DNA of 64,000 bases from an uncultured Poribacteria bacterium. GTDB lineage: Bacteria > Poribacteria > WGA-4E > WGA-3G. This document shows positions 31,689 through 39,856 of this stretch, in pieces; the stretch's first letter is position 1, and every line of letters begins with the position of its first letter. The notes under the pieces are model-generated. The model ran no database searches and was not told the origin of the DNA. It saw only the letters and a list, made by a program, of their open reading frames with translations. The stretch lies in NCBI GenBank assembly GCA_951813545.1, contig CATOTL010000002.1, forward strand, positions 5,185 to 69,184, in the 5' to 3' direction. A program made the position numbers and the translations under genes.

Positions 31689-32308
31689 TTACCTTCCTCC
31701 TCGATCTTCGTTACTATAGCAGAAAATACGTCGTTTATGGGTAGATGGGCTTCAATAACATGGAAGCAAGGAATATGTCTGCCTGCCCACTGACAGAAAT
31801 CGCCCGCTCTTTTGTCTATCAGTTCGGCTTCTTCAGGCTGTATCTCAGAAGTTTTGTCGCGTGCGACGCAGCGCTGCATCGCACGCCTACAACTTAGTTT
31901 TAAGAAAATAGACATGTCAGGGGCCCTGACAAACTCGCAAAGCACTTTGAAATATCTATGCCAGTAGTCTTCTTCAAGATTCCAAATCTCGCTCCAGAAG
32001 GTATCTATAAACACAGGGATATTTTCAAAAGACGCATTTGACTGGATAACTTTCTGACGTATCAGGTTTTCCAAAAACATAACGTTGCTTCGACCGCTAT
32101 TTTTGTAGGTCCCTTCATCGAACAAAGACCTGAGATATGCTCTATATTCCGACATCGTTTTTATAGCATCTCGAAAATCAGACGCTTTCTCCTCCCCATC
32201 CCAAGGGTGCGGATCCACACGGGCTATCTCACCATTATACCTATTAGCGAGCAACGCACACAGTTCAGTTTTACCGCTGCCGCTGATACCGTCTAAAGAA
32301 ATCAGCAT
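31523..32308 (-). CDS. P-loop nucleoside/nucleotide-kinase-like protein
   Basis: ISLDGISGSGKTEL is a Walker A motif. The last ~55 aa overlap the GT gene out of frame. Confidence 0.5.
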   Translation of the reverse strand: MLISLDGISGSGKTELCALLANRYNGEIARVDPHPWDGEEKASDFRDAIKTMSEYRAYLRSLFDEGTYKNSGRSNVMFLENLIRQKVIQSNASFENIPVFIDTFWSEIWNLEEDYWHRYFKVLCEFVRAPDMSIFLKLSCRRAMQRCVARDKTSEIQPEEAELIDKRAGDFCQWAGRHIPCFHVIEAHLPINDVFSAIVTKIEEEGKCPESAISQTPTSSTTEVPGEWAQKQVRSQRRGKTAVSTPSRSQRRTLLEMPKLM

Positions 32309-32309
32309 G

Positions 32310-32993
32310 TTATTCCTCTCTCAAAAGTCGCGATAAATTACCTAAACATCTATTATACCATTTCTCAACGACTTCATGTGTGGTGAGCGCGTCATCAAAA
32401 ATACTTGCATCTAATTTGATTTCTGACGGATATTCCATACCGAGCCATTGATATAAACCCTTACACACCGCGTTAGGGTCGGTCTGAAAATCTTCACTGC
32501 GTATACGATAAGGTGCTATATCGTGCTTTGTGAAATAGTCGTCCCATGCCTGATAGCCTATGATGATCTGGGCGACGCGCCGCTTGATTTTTTTGACAGG
32601 CACTTTATCCGGGGCATCTTGTAGCGAAGATTCTATCGCCTGTCGCCACGGGTCACGTTCAACATAGATATATCGCGTATCCGGTAAGCAGGTATCCGTG
32701 AATTCTTTTATGCCGATACTTAGACATTCATGCATTGCACGGACATGACTCCAGACCATACGCATACCCAATATGCCATTTGATCTTCGCGCTTCTAAGG
32801 CATCTTTGACGCTGTCAATGGTTGCGTTCTCGTTGAGCACATCAAATCGAGCCACTTCAAAAAACTCATTGGGTTCACCGCATCCGAGAGTGCTTAGATG
32901 TGCCGCTAATACGCCTGACCGAGAACGACCTGTAGAAACTATCAAATAATTCAAAAGAGTTTTGTGTACGATGCCATGACGGAGTTGTACCAC
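32310..32993 (-). CDS. Stf0-family sulfotransferase-like protein 2
   Basis: LIVSTGRSRSGVLAAHL (5'-PSB-like loop), MRMVWSH, YIYVERDPWRQAIES. Alternative TTG start at 32954, overlapping the upstream stop as TTGA. Confidence 0.55.
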   Translation of the reverse strand: MVQLRHGIVHKTLLNYLIVSTGRSRSGVLAAHLSTLGCGEPNEFFEVARFDVLNENATIDSVKDALEARRSNGILGMRMVWSHVRAMHECLSIGIKEFTDTCLPDTRYIYVERDPWRQAIESSLQDAPDKVPVKKIKRRVAQIIIGYQAWDDYFTKHDIAPYRIRSEDFQTDPNAVCKGLYQWLGMEYPSEIKLDASIFDDALTTHEVVEKWYNRCLGNLSRLLREE

Positions 32994-33613
32994 TCCTTGT
33001 TAGTGTTTGTGAAAGTCCGCAATATGTTGTCAGTGATGTTTCTGCTTTTAGCACGAATCCCTAAAAACCTACAAATAGTTGCGAGCGTCCCTGTTTTATC
33101 CGCTATAAAATCTTCAAATTCTATGGTGAGTGGCGTGATACCGTATTTATCAAAAAAACGCAACCATGCTATATTCTCGATAGAATTTAGATGTATGCGA
33201 TCCCATATAGCGTCTTCTGGCACTTCCTGTGCTGCTAATTCCGCATCAGCGGCACGATATTTTTCCATTTCTACTGGGTCATGCACATGCTGTGAGTCAA
33301 GCCGTAAATGCTTTTCTCGTGAGAGCGCCTGCATCACTCTGTTTCTGCGCGTTAGATGTATCCATTTCGGGTCAGGCAAAACTTTCGTGAGAAACTTAAA
33401 TGCATCTTCACAATGGTATTGCAAAGCGTCCCAAGATACTTTTGCACCGACTGCATTGCCTACCTTCTCATTATCCAAATAGGCTCGGTATGCTTCTATG
33501 TTATCAAACCTTTTATTGAAGATAGCATCGGGGGAGCCTGCACCAATCTGCTTCAAATAATCGCAGAGTAGCGTACTACCTGTCCTGCCTTCTGTGACTA
33601 TGTAGTAGTTCAT
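32951..33613 (-). CDS. Stf0-family sulfotransferase-like protein 1
   Basis: YYIVTEGRTGSTLLCDYL, GAKVSW, WIHLTRRNRVMQALS. ATGA overlap with the upstream kinase gene. Confidence 0.65.
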   Translation of the reverse strand: MNYYIVTEGRTGSTLLCDYLKQIGAGSPDAIFNKRFDNIEAYRAYLDNEKVGNAVGAKVSWDALQYHCEDAFKFLTKVLPDPKWIHLTRRNRVMQALSREKHLRLDSQHVHDPVEMEKYRAADAELAAQEVPEDAIWDRIHLNSIENIAWLRFFDKYGITPLTIEFEDFIADKTGTLATICRFLGIRAKSRNITDNILRTFTNTNKEWYNSVMASYTKLF

Positions 33614-34203
33614 AAATTATCAATACGCTGAACAGCGGCATCAAAAACATCATCCGCACTTTTGTTGCCGTCTATGGTGATAATAGGATACGGCAATGTT
33701 TGTGATAGGAGCCTGAATGTTTTTCGGTTTTCAGGGGTGGAATCATGTGTTTTATAAGGCAGGGTTCGCGCTTCTACATGTTCCATGTTCTCATTTTCCC
33801 TGCGAAGTAAACGTTCCATTTGGGTATCATACGACACATCTAAAAATATAGAAGCGGTTGGCAACATATCTGCTGCGTAAGTTAGATAATCGGAGAAAGC
33901 CTGTGCTTCTTCTATATCAAAAAAAATACATCTTGTTAGAAATAAATCAACGATGATATTATCTTCCCAAAGTTGCATAGCTGTTTTTGCGACTAAAAGC
34001 CTTTCTATATTTCGTGTGACGCTATCGCCTTTGAAAATATCGCAGAAGATGAACGCGGCATTTTGAAGATTAATCGGCAATTTTGTTATAGGCAGCGGGT
34101 AGAACCCGTATGGCTGATACGACACTAACCTATAATGTTCTGATAGTCGTTCCTTAAGCGTGGATTTACCGGACCCAGAACAGCCCTCAATTGTGATAAT
34201 CAT
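33610..34203 (-). CDS. P-loop nucleoside/nucleotide-kinase-like protein
   Basis: IITIEGCSGSGKSTL is a Walker A motif. About 197 aa, dNK/dNMP-kinase-like length. Confidence 0.5.
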   Translation of the reverse strand: MIITIEGCSGSGKSTLKERLSEHYRLVSYQPYGFYPLPITKLPINLQNAAFIFCDIFKGDSVTRNIERLLVAKTAMQLWEDNIIVDLFLTRCIFFDIEEAQAFSDYLTYAADMLPTASIFLDVSYDTQMERLLRRENENMEHVEARTLPYKTHDSTPENRKTFRLLSQTLPYPIITIDGNKSADDVFDAAVQRIDNL

Positions 34204-34211
34204 AATGAAAA

Positions 34212-35036
34212 CTACCTTTCAAACGGTATTTTTAAGTCTTCCATTAATTTATATGAATAATCTCTTGTCTCAACAGCACGCTCTCTATTTGCGGTTATTA
34301 GCGGGTTGGTATCTATTAGCACAGACAAGCTATTGCCGTTCATCGCCATCATATAACGAACCAATCCTCTCTGCACGATAGTATACATCCAGTCCTCTTT
34401 GTACCAATATAAAGGCGGCATCACCTCAAGGGTGGTAAGACGGGGTGGATTTCTCAAAAACGCTAACACCTTTTCTGCGCCGTATGGCGTAACAAAGAGA
34501 GCACTTACGCTTTGACCTAAAACGCCCTGAAAAAACTCTGAGGGGCCAGGCACTACATTATGTGCGTAAGAACGGGCTTTGCTGTAAGCACCGTGAGGAT
34601 CCACGCCATAATCCAACTGACAAATACCTACACGGTTTGGTGTGTCTCGCGTGGCGTTAACCAAACTATTCAATATATTGTATAAGTCGTGATATGTTTT
34701 AGTGAAACGAACATCGTCTGAAATTAATAATACATTCTTCTGCACATCCACACATCTTAGAAGTCCGCGTATTTGCACTTCTAACAATGATAAATCCCAG
34801 TATTTCATGATGTTTGCGTCATCAAGATTAAGGACTTCTTTCCACGCATCAAAGCCAAGTTCTTCAAAAGAGACCAACAATTCTTCTGTGCTATATTCTC
34901 CGTAGGGTTTCACCCATACAACTTCATAAATATCTTCATGCACAGGGAATTCTAAAGCCTCTAATGCACCTATCTGCGAAGCACGCCTATACCATTGATC
35001 CTCGCATGATGTCGCTAACACCTTTTCAAATGCCAT
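34212..35036 (-). CDS. GT25-like glycosyltransferase candidate
   Basis: NVLLISDDVRF and SALFVTPYGAEKVL resemble GT25 (LPS glycosyltransferase) motifs by eye. Confidence 0.35.
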   Translation of the reverse strand: MAFEKVLATSCEDQWYRRASQIGALEALEFPVHEDIYEVVWVKPYGEYSTEELLVSFEELGFDAWKEVLNLDDANIMKYWDLSLLEVQIRGLLRCVDVQKNVLLISDDVRFTKTYHDLYNILNSLVNATRDTPNRVGICQLDYGVDPHGAYSKARSYAHNVVPGPSEFFQGVLGQSVSALFVTPYGAEKVLAFLRNPPRLTTLEVMPPLYWYKEDWMYTIVQRGLVRYMMAMNGNSLSVLIDTNPLITANRERAVETRDYSYKLMEDLKIPFER

Positions 35037-35043
35037 AAATTTC

Positions 35044-36111
35044 CTATATGAAGTTGAGATGCTGCGTAGGCTCTATAAGTTGTTTTATTAGGTCATTGTT
35101 AGGCTTCAAATGACAACGAACGCATTCTTTACTTATATCAAAAGCCTCATAGAACGAATCTAACGCACCTGAACGCCAAGCATCTGCGAGTCGCACTTCG
35201 TTAAGGTCAGCAATCACCGCTTTCGGACGGTATTTCATTATGCAGCATGGATAGAGTTTGCCATCAGCACCTATCGTTGGCGCGATATTTGAATAGTAGC
35301 AAATATCGCCAGAGGTGTATTTCGGAAAATCTTCAAGGGATCTATCTGAAAAATGGTTGACGATCTGGACATCCGAAGTCGTTTCTGCTATATCTTTGAT
35401 AATAGCATCGGCTTCAATATGTTGTTCAGGGGTGAGTTCTATATCAGGGATATAGTCGCCCTCAAAAACGACACCGCCATACCGGACATAATCCGCACCT
35501 AACTTCGCACCTAACTTCGCAATCTCTCGGAGTTCGTGCTGGTTGCCTTGCTGGACAATAAAGGATATGCCAATAGTGGCTTTAGCATCGGATAATGCTT
35601 TTATTGCTTTGCACGCTTTCTCAAAATCATTCTCCCGAGAGACATGCACCTTGCAATGCGTTTCGGGCGTTGCTGAATCTAAAGAAACTCTCATCCATGT
35701 TGCTTCGCGCATTAAATTTGCAATGTCGTCAAAGTGTTTATCTCTCCATGCACCATTTGTTACCATCCCGTAATCAAACCCACGCGCTTTGATGGATTCT
35801 AACACAACCGGGATTTCAGGATGGAGTGTCGGCTCGCCACCACCTGTAAGTTCTATGGCTTTAACGCCTAAATCTGCTGAGTCATCAAGTATTTCTATGA
35901 TGGTTTCAAGCGATAGCCAATCTTTGAGTTCAAAGTTCGCATTGATGTTGTCGTCTTTCGTGTACCGATACATACAGAACGGGCAGTCGTGATTACAGAA
36001 CGCTACAGGATCAAACTGGACTTTTCGCGGAAATACCCTCTCGCCTTTTTTGAATTGCTCTATTTCTTTATAGTATTTTGTTATTTTTACCAACGAACTT
36101 TGCATAATCAC
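35044..36111 (-). CDS. Radical SAM enzyme with a C-terminal SPASM/twitch-like Cys cluster
   Basis: CNHDCPFCMY (CxxxCxxC), ELTGGGEPT, and C-terminal CYYS..CC..CVRC. Confidence 0.75.
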   Translation of the reverse strand: MIMQSSLVKITKYYKEIEQFKKGERVFPRKVQFDPVAFCNHDCPFCMYRYTKDDNINANFELKDWLSLETIIEILDDSADLGVKAIELTGGGEPTLHPEIPVVLESIKARGFDYGMVTNGAWRDKHFDDIANLMREATWMRVSLDSATPETHCKVHVSRENDFEKACKAIKALSDAKATIGISFIVQQGNQHELREIAKLGAKLGADYVRYGGVVFEGDYIPDIELTPEQHIEADAIIKDIAETTSDVQIVNHFSDRSLEDFPKYTSGDICYYSNIAPTIGADGKLYPCCIMKYRPKAVIADLNEVRLADAWRSGALDSFYEAFDISKECVRCHLKPNNDLIKQLIEPTQHLNFI

Positions 36112-36239
36112 ACCAACTTGTATTTTTCCAACGCTCTCTTTGTTCTTGCATGGGTTTTAGGATCTATCTGAGATCTTATAGATTTGCCCAGCGCGTCTGT
36201 AAGGCTGATAGTCCATCGTTAGTATTATAATTTTATCAA

Positions 36240-36953
36240 TCATACGTCCTCTTTATTTATCTGAATTCTGTCCTGATCGTCCTTATAGCGTTCGTGGCCA
36301 AACCAACGAGTGTCCACAACATTAGTGCCTTCCGCATCTTTTGATCTGCTATAGATACCGGGAACCCCCCACATACCAGCTATCAAATCTTCAAAGGCAT
36401 CTGGCTCTTTAAGGAACTCAGTAATAATATAATCTGCACCCGATTTTGACATAAGCAGCCCACTATCGCCCCTTCCCAGAGCACCCTTCATAATTTTCAA
36501 ATCGGGGCATACCCATATTTCTTCATGATCAACATCGTTAAATCGAGACCACCTCAACTGTAAAAATAAAAAGTCTTCGTTAAAATCATGGGTTAAAGTC
36601 ATGCAAATTTCATAGAGTTCATGCGCTTTTAAGAGTAATACATTATCGTCTTGATTGTAATACCCATAAGAATATTCTTGGCAATCTCTGATAGACTCAA
36701 GAATCCTTAAAGTTCCCCACAAATATCCTATATCACCCCGTGGCTGCTTACGCAGGTAATCACAATCAAAGATCGGGTATCCGTCTTTTATCGCAGCATC
36801 ACCCATCGTAGCTGATGTTTCATAATCCAGACCGTGAGGGGCTTTATGGATAATGACATCTTCAATACTAATACCGAGCGTTTGATAGTTGCCAAACAAC
36901 ATATATTTCCGATCTGTGCGATGTTCAAGATTTAAGTTGTTGAAAGAGATCAT
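36240..36953 (-). CDS. GT25-like glycosyltransferase candidate
   Basis: N-terminal ISFNNLNLEHRTDR, GDIGYLWG, and GLLMSKSGADYI. Confidence 0.35.
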   Translation of the reverse strand: MISFNNLNLEHRTDRKYMLFGNYQTLGISIEDVIIHKAPHGLDYETSATMGDAAIKDGYPIFDCDYLRKQPRGDIGYLWGTLRILESIRDCQEYSYGYYNQDDNVLLLKAHELYEICMTLTHDFNEDFLFLQLRWSRFNDVDHEEIWVCPDLKIMKGALGRGDSGLLMSKSGADYIITEFLKEPDAFEDLIAGMWGVPGIYSRSKDAEGTNVVDTRWFGHERYKDDQDRIQINKEDV

Positions 36954-37204
36954 CAGTCAAGACATCCTTGTAGCACGGAATGGGTATGATGGCATTTAAA
37001 GCAGTAAGGAACGGTCGCAGTCTCAAGAAACGCAGCATCTAAATCCTGTTGCGGCTGCGCACCTTTTTCGGGGTTACGTGAAACCACTTCGCCTGCGAGG
37101 TGTTCGGAGACTTCTTCAGGGCATCCAATTTCGGGGTTTAAGGACGCTCGCCCGGCTTCAAGCGAGTTTTGAATTGTAATATACTCGTCACTCCATACTT
37201 CCAT
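36953..37204 (-). CDS. Hypothetical protein
   Basis: 83-aa ORF with a 1-nt overlap to the next gene. Confidence 0.45.
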   Translation of the reverse strand: MEVWSDEYITIQNSLEAGRASLNPEIGCPEEVSEHLAGEVVSRNPEKGAQPQQDLDAAFLETATVPYCFKCHHTHSVLQGCLD

Positions 37205-37342
37205 CTGATACTCCTTTCGCTAATTTGAAAAGTGGGTACACGACCACCGCTTCATTAGTGTCACCGCCACTGTGAAAGACATCCGGTAAAGCTATCTCCT
37301 CAAAATAACTTTTATTCATCATCAAAATCTTCAGTGTGGAAA

Positions 37343-37362
37343 CCCCTGTCTTTAGGCAGGGG
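37343..37362 (-). repeat. CTAAAG-loop hairpin, copy 5
   Basis: Plus strand reads CCCCTGTC TTTA GGCAGGGG. Confidence 0.6.
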
Positions 37363-37748
37363 AGGAAACACTGCTCCTTTTTTAGTTTAGATTCCCCGAA
37401 GTGGGGTGCGAGTTGTTTTTTCACCACAAACTCGTAGGTGATTTTCTCCGAGTGGGATGCTTCTTTTCGGAAGTGCTGTCACCATCTCCAATCCGACCTG
37501 ACCCGGTGTCTTTGAAAAAACAGGTAATAGGCTTTCGCCCTCCCTTTCGGGTTGTATGTTGCCCCGTCGAGATCGCAATGCTCACGGTTACCTGAGACTT
37601 GGGGAGCATCCTTAAGTAAATACCTACCACAGATACCTACTGTTTCACAGACATGTTGAAGCTGCCACACTCCAGCATTGCGATATATTACTCTATTCAG
37701 CAAATTTACAATCATTCAACCTATAGGACGGCTACCGTATTGAACAAT

Positions 37749-37768
37749 CTCCTGCCTTTAGGCAGGAG
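37749..37768 (-). repeat. CTAAAG-loop hairpin, copy 6
   Basis: Plus strand reads CTCCTGCC TTTA GGCAGGAG, a perfect 8-bp stem. Confidence 0.6.
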
Positions 37769-37848
37769 TCACTGAACTCCATAAGGCAAAACGTTGACTG
37801 TAAGACAACGTACTTTTTAGTTTAACAGTTTTTTGCGTTTCCTGTCAA

Positions 37849-38568
37849 TCAAAATTTGAAAACGATAGCACCCATCGGCGTAAATGAAATTTCCGCTCCA
37901 TCATTATGGATATAGGTTCGAGTGTCTACGACTAACGATAAACCAAGTCCTTCTGTAACATCAATACCCATTTGAGAACGACCTATCAAAACTACAGGAA
38001 CAACCTCTCGCTCAGTTATGGGAACGTATGCAGTTACGGAATTCTCAACCTTCCACCTCTCAAAAGCGGTCCGAACTACACCGTTGACGTTATCTACATC
38101 AGGAAGGGTGTATGTGTTAGAAGGGTCATCGGTAAAGTATTTGATTGGGTTGCCGTCAGCATCAAAGCCATCAAGCCCCCCGTCTGTGACAGGATCACTA
38201 CCGCGAAATGAAGCCCCCGCGGAAATGTCCAACGCCCCGATGCTGAAGTTGACAACTCCACCTACATCAACGACACCCCCTAATTCGTCTTTGTTGTAAG
38301 ATCCGAAAGGTTGGAAACCTACCGTATCGTTAAAGTTATACTGTAAGGACACATTGCCTATCAGCGAAGTCGTGTCGGATTTCTGTGCCTGTGCATCAAC
38401 AGCGAATTCAATATCCTCTACAGATTTTTCATAATCACCCAACACGCCGATAGTATTTTCGGTGAAATTCACACCCACCTGATTCGCAAAGACATTGGAT
38501 ACAAAAAGTATCATCAGTACAAACAACACAAAGACAAAAATCGGAATTCCAAAACGTACGTATTTCAA
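37849..38568 (-). CDS. Outer-membrane beta-barrel protein (signal peptide, C-terminal Phe)
   Basis: TTG start with AAGGAG 6 nt upstream. The N-terminus ...VSNVFA looks like a signal peptide. Alternating beta pattern, ending VFKF. Confidence 0.6.
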   Translation of the reverse strand: MKYVRFGIPIFVFVLFVLMILFVSNVFANQVGVNFTENTIGVLGDYEKSVEDIEFAVDAQAQKSDTTSLIGNVSLQYNFNDTVGFQPFGSYNKDELGGVVDVGGVVNFSIGALDISAGASFRGSDPVTDGGLDGFDADGNPIKYFTDDPSNTYTLPDVDNVNGVVRTAFERWKVENSVTAYVPITEREVVPVVLIGRSQMGIDVTEGLGLSLVVDTRTYIHNDGAEISFTPMGAIVFKF

Positions 38569-38819
38569 AACAGTCTCCTTTATACGTCAGATATAGGCTC
38601 AACAGCCACGAAATAGCAAGCGAAAGATACGTCATCTCTTATTCACCTTCACGGCTTCTCTCGCTTTCTTTTGTAGTGATTGTTTTTGTTTTTCGCGTTC
38701 CTGTCTCCGTGTCAGAAACGGAATTGAGAAACCTTTTTTGGGTTTACTACGTTTATCCTGCATACACAATCGGGTGTCCTTATCCTTTGGCGAGACGCGG
38801 GACACCCGCCTCCTTCTAC

Positions 38820-39272
38820 TTACTTGATGCCGAAATCGGCTTTTTTGTCAAAAACGTCTACCACAAGACGATTGTGATAAGGTTCATGTTCTAACATAGT
38901 GCTATCAAGTGTAAAATCACCTTTATCAGCAATCTTTATTTTACGAGTATCGTCCTTGCTCGTAATATAGAGGTATTTATCATGGATAGAGATATTGAAA
39001 TATCTCTGTTTTGGTCGTACATGAGGTGGTAATGCTATCCAGTCAATAAGTAGTGTATAGCCGTATCTTCCCCTATTACTATCGAACACTGATAACACTG
39101 TTACCTCTAAATCAGCGAGAGAAGGCAGTTTTTGGATAGGAACAACCGGCAGTTTAGCAGCTTCCAATTTTCCAATTTTATTGCTTTGAATACCCAAATT
39201 AATACCAACAACAACAAACAACACCAGCAATGATATAAAAATAATGGTAGTTATTTTTTGTGTATAAATCAT
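38820..39272 (-). CDS. Membrane-anchored hypothetical protein
   Basis: The ATG at 39272 overlaps the upstream stop (ATGA). N-terminal TM segment IIFISLLVLFVVVGINLGI. Confidence 0.5.
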   Translation of the reverse strand: MIYTQKITTIIFISLLVLFVVVGINLGIQSNKIGKLEAAKLPVVPIQKLPSLADLEVTVLSVFDSNRGRYGYTLLIDWIALPPHVRPKQRYFNISIHDKYLYITSKDDTRKIKIADKGDFTLDSTMLEHEPYHNRLVVDVFDKKADFGIK

Positions 39273-39856
39273 CGCATTGCGCCTTCGGATAATTTTTCCC
39301 AATCGAGTTCGACCTTCCGCCCACCGTCATACGGCAATGCGTGTCCGTTCTCGATGAGGTATTGTGCGGCATCCATGCCGTCAACTTTGACGATAGCGAC
39401 GATCCTACCGGCGTATTTGCCGATTGTTGGGTTTAAAACAGTTAAGTTGAGTTCGTTGTCTTTCAGTAAGTTCAGGAGCGCGAGTCTGGATTGCGCCGCG
39501 GCGTATTTCTCGTTAGCACGGCTTTCGGCGGAACGGAGCGTCCCATCTCGCTTCTTTTTGAGAGGTCGTTTCTCCGGTGTGTCAATGCCGTTGAGACGGA
39601 TGTCTGTCTCAATTTCAATCGTGTCCTGTGGTGTCAGAAAGACACCGGGCCAGATCTCGCCAGCCGCTGCTTTCTGATTAATATCAAGGATTTGGATGCG
39701 GACATCTTTGAGCGTGTCGCCATCGTAAACCTGTTTCTCTGATGTTAGTTTTGAGGGATACGACAGCAAGTCCGCAGATTTCCCAAATAGAAACGCGATG
39801 CCGTAAATCAGTAACATTGCCATCAATATCCCGTATATGATAATAATTCGTCTCAT
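39269..39856 (-). CDS. Staphylococcal-nuclease (SNase/thermonuclease)-like nuclease with an N-terminal membrane anchor
   Basis: YDGDT, RLNGIDTPE, and KYAGRIVAIVKVDGMDAAQYLIENGHA. N-terminal TM segment IIIIYGILMAMLLIYGIAFLF. Confidence 0.75.
   Translation of the reverse strand: MRRIIIIYGILMAMLLIYGIAFLFGKSADLLSYPSKLTSEKQVYDGDTLKDVRIQILDINQKAAAGEIWPGVFLTPQDTIEIETDIRLNGIDTPEKRPLKKKRDGTLRSAESRANEKYAAAQSRLALLNLLKDNELNLTVLNPTIGKYAGRIVAIVKVDGMDAAQYLIENGHALPYDGGRKVELDWEKLSEGAMR

Noticed and set aside
31523-34203. Calling the two P-loop kinases APS kinases (CysC) that supply PAPS.
   Set aside because: Only the Walker A motif resembles CysC. The LDGDNxR and other CysC motifs are not seen, so I left them as generic nucleoside/nucleotide-kinase-like.
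37188-37715. Overlapping small ORFs on both strands in the 37.2-37.8 kb gap.
   Set aside because: They are mutually overlapping, R/G/C-rich and lack RBSs. Only a 43-aa sub-ORF remains possible.
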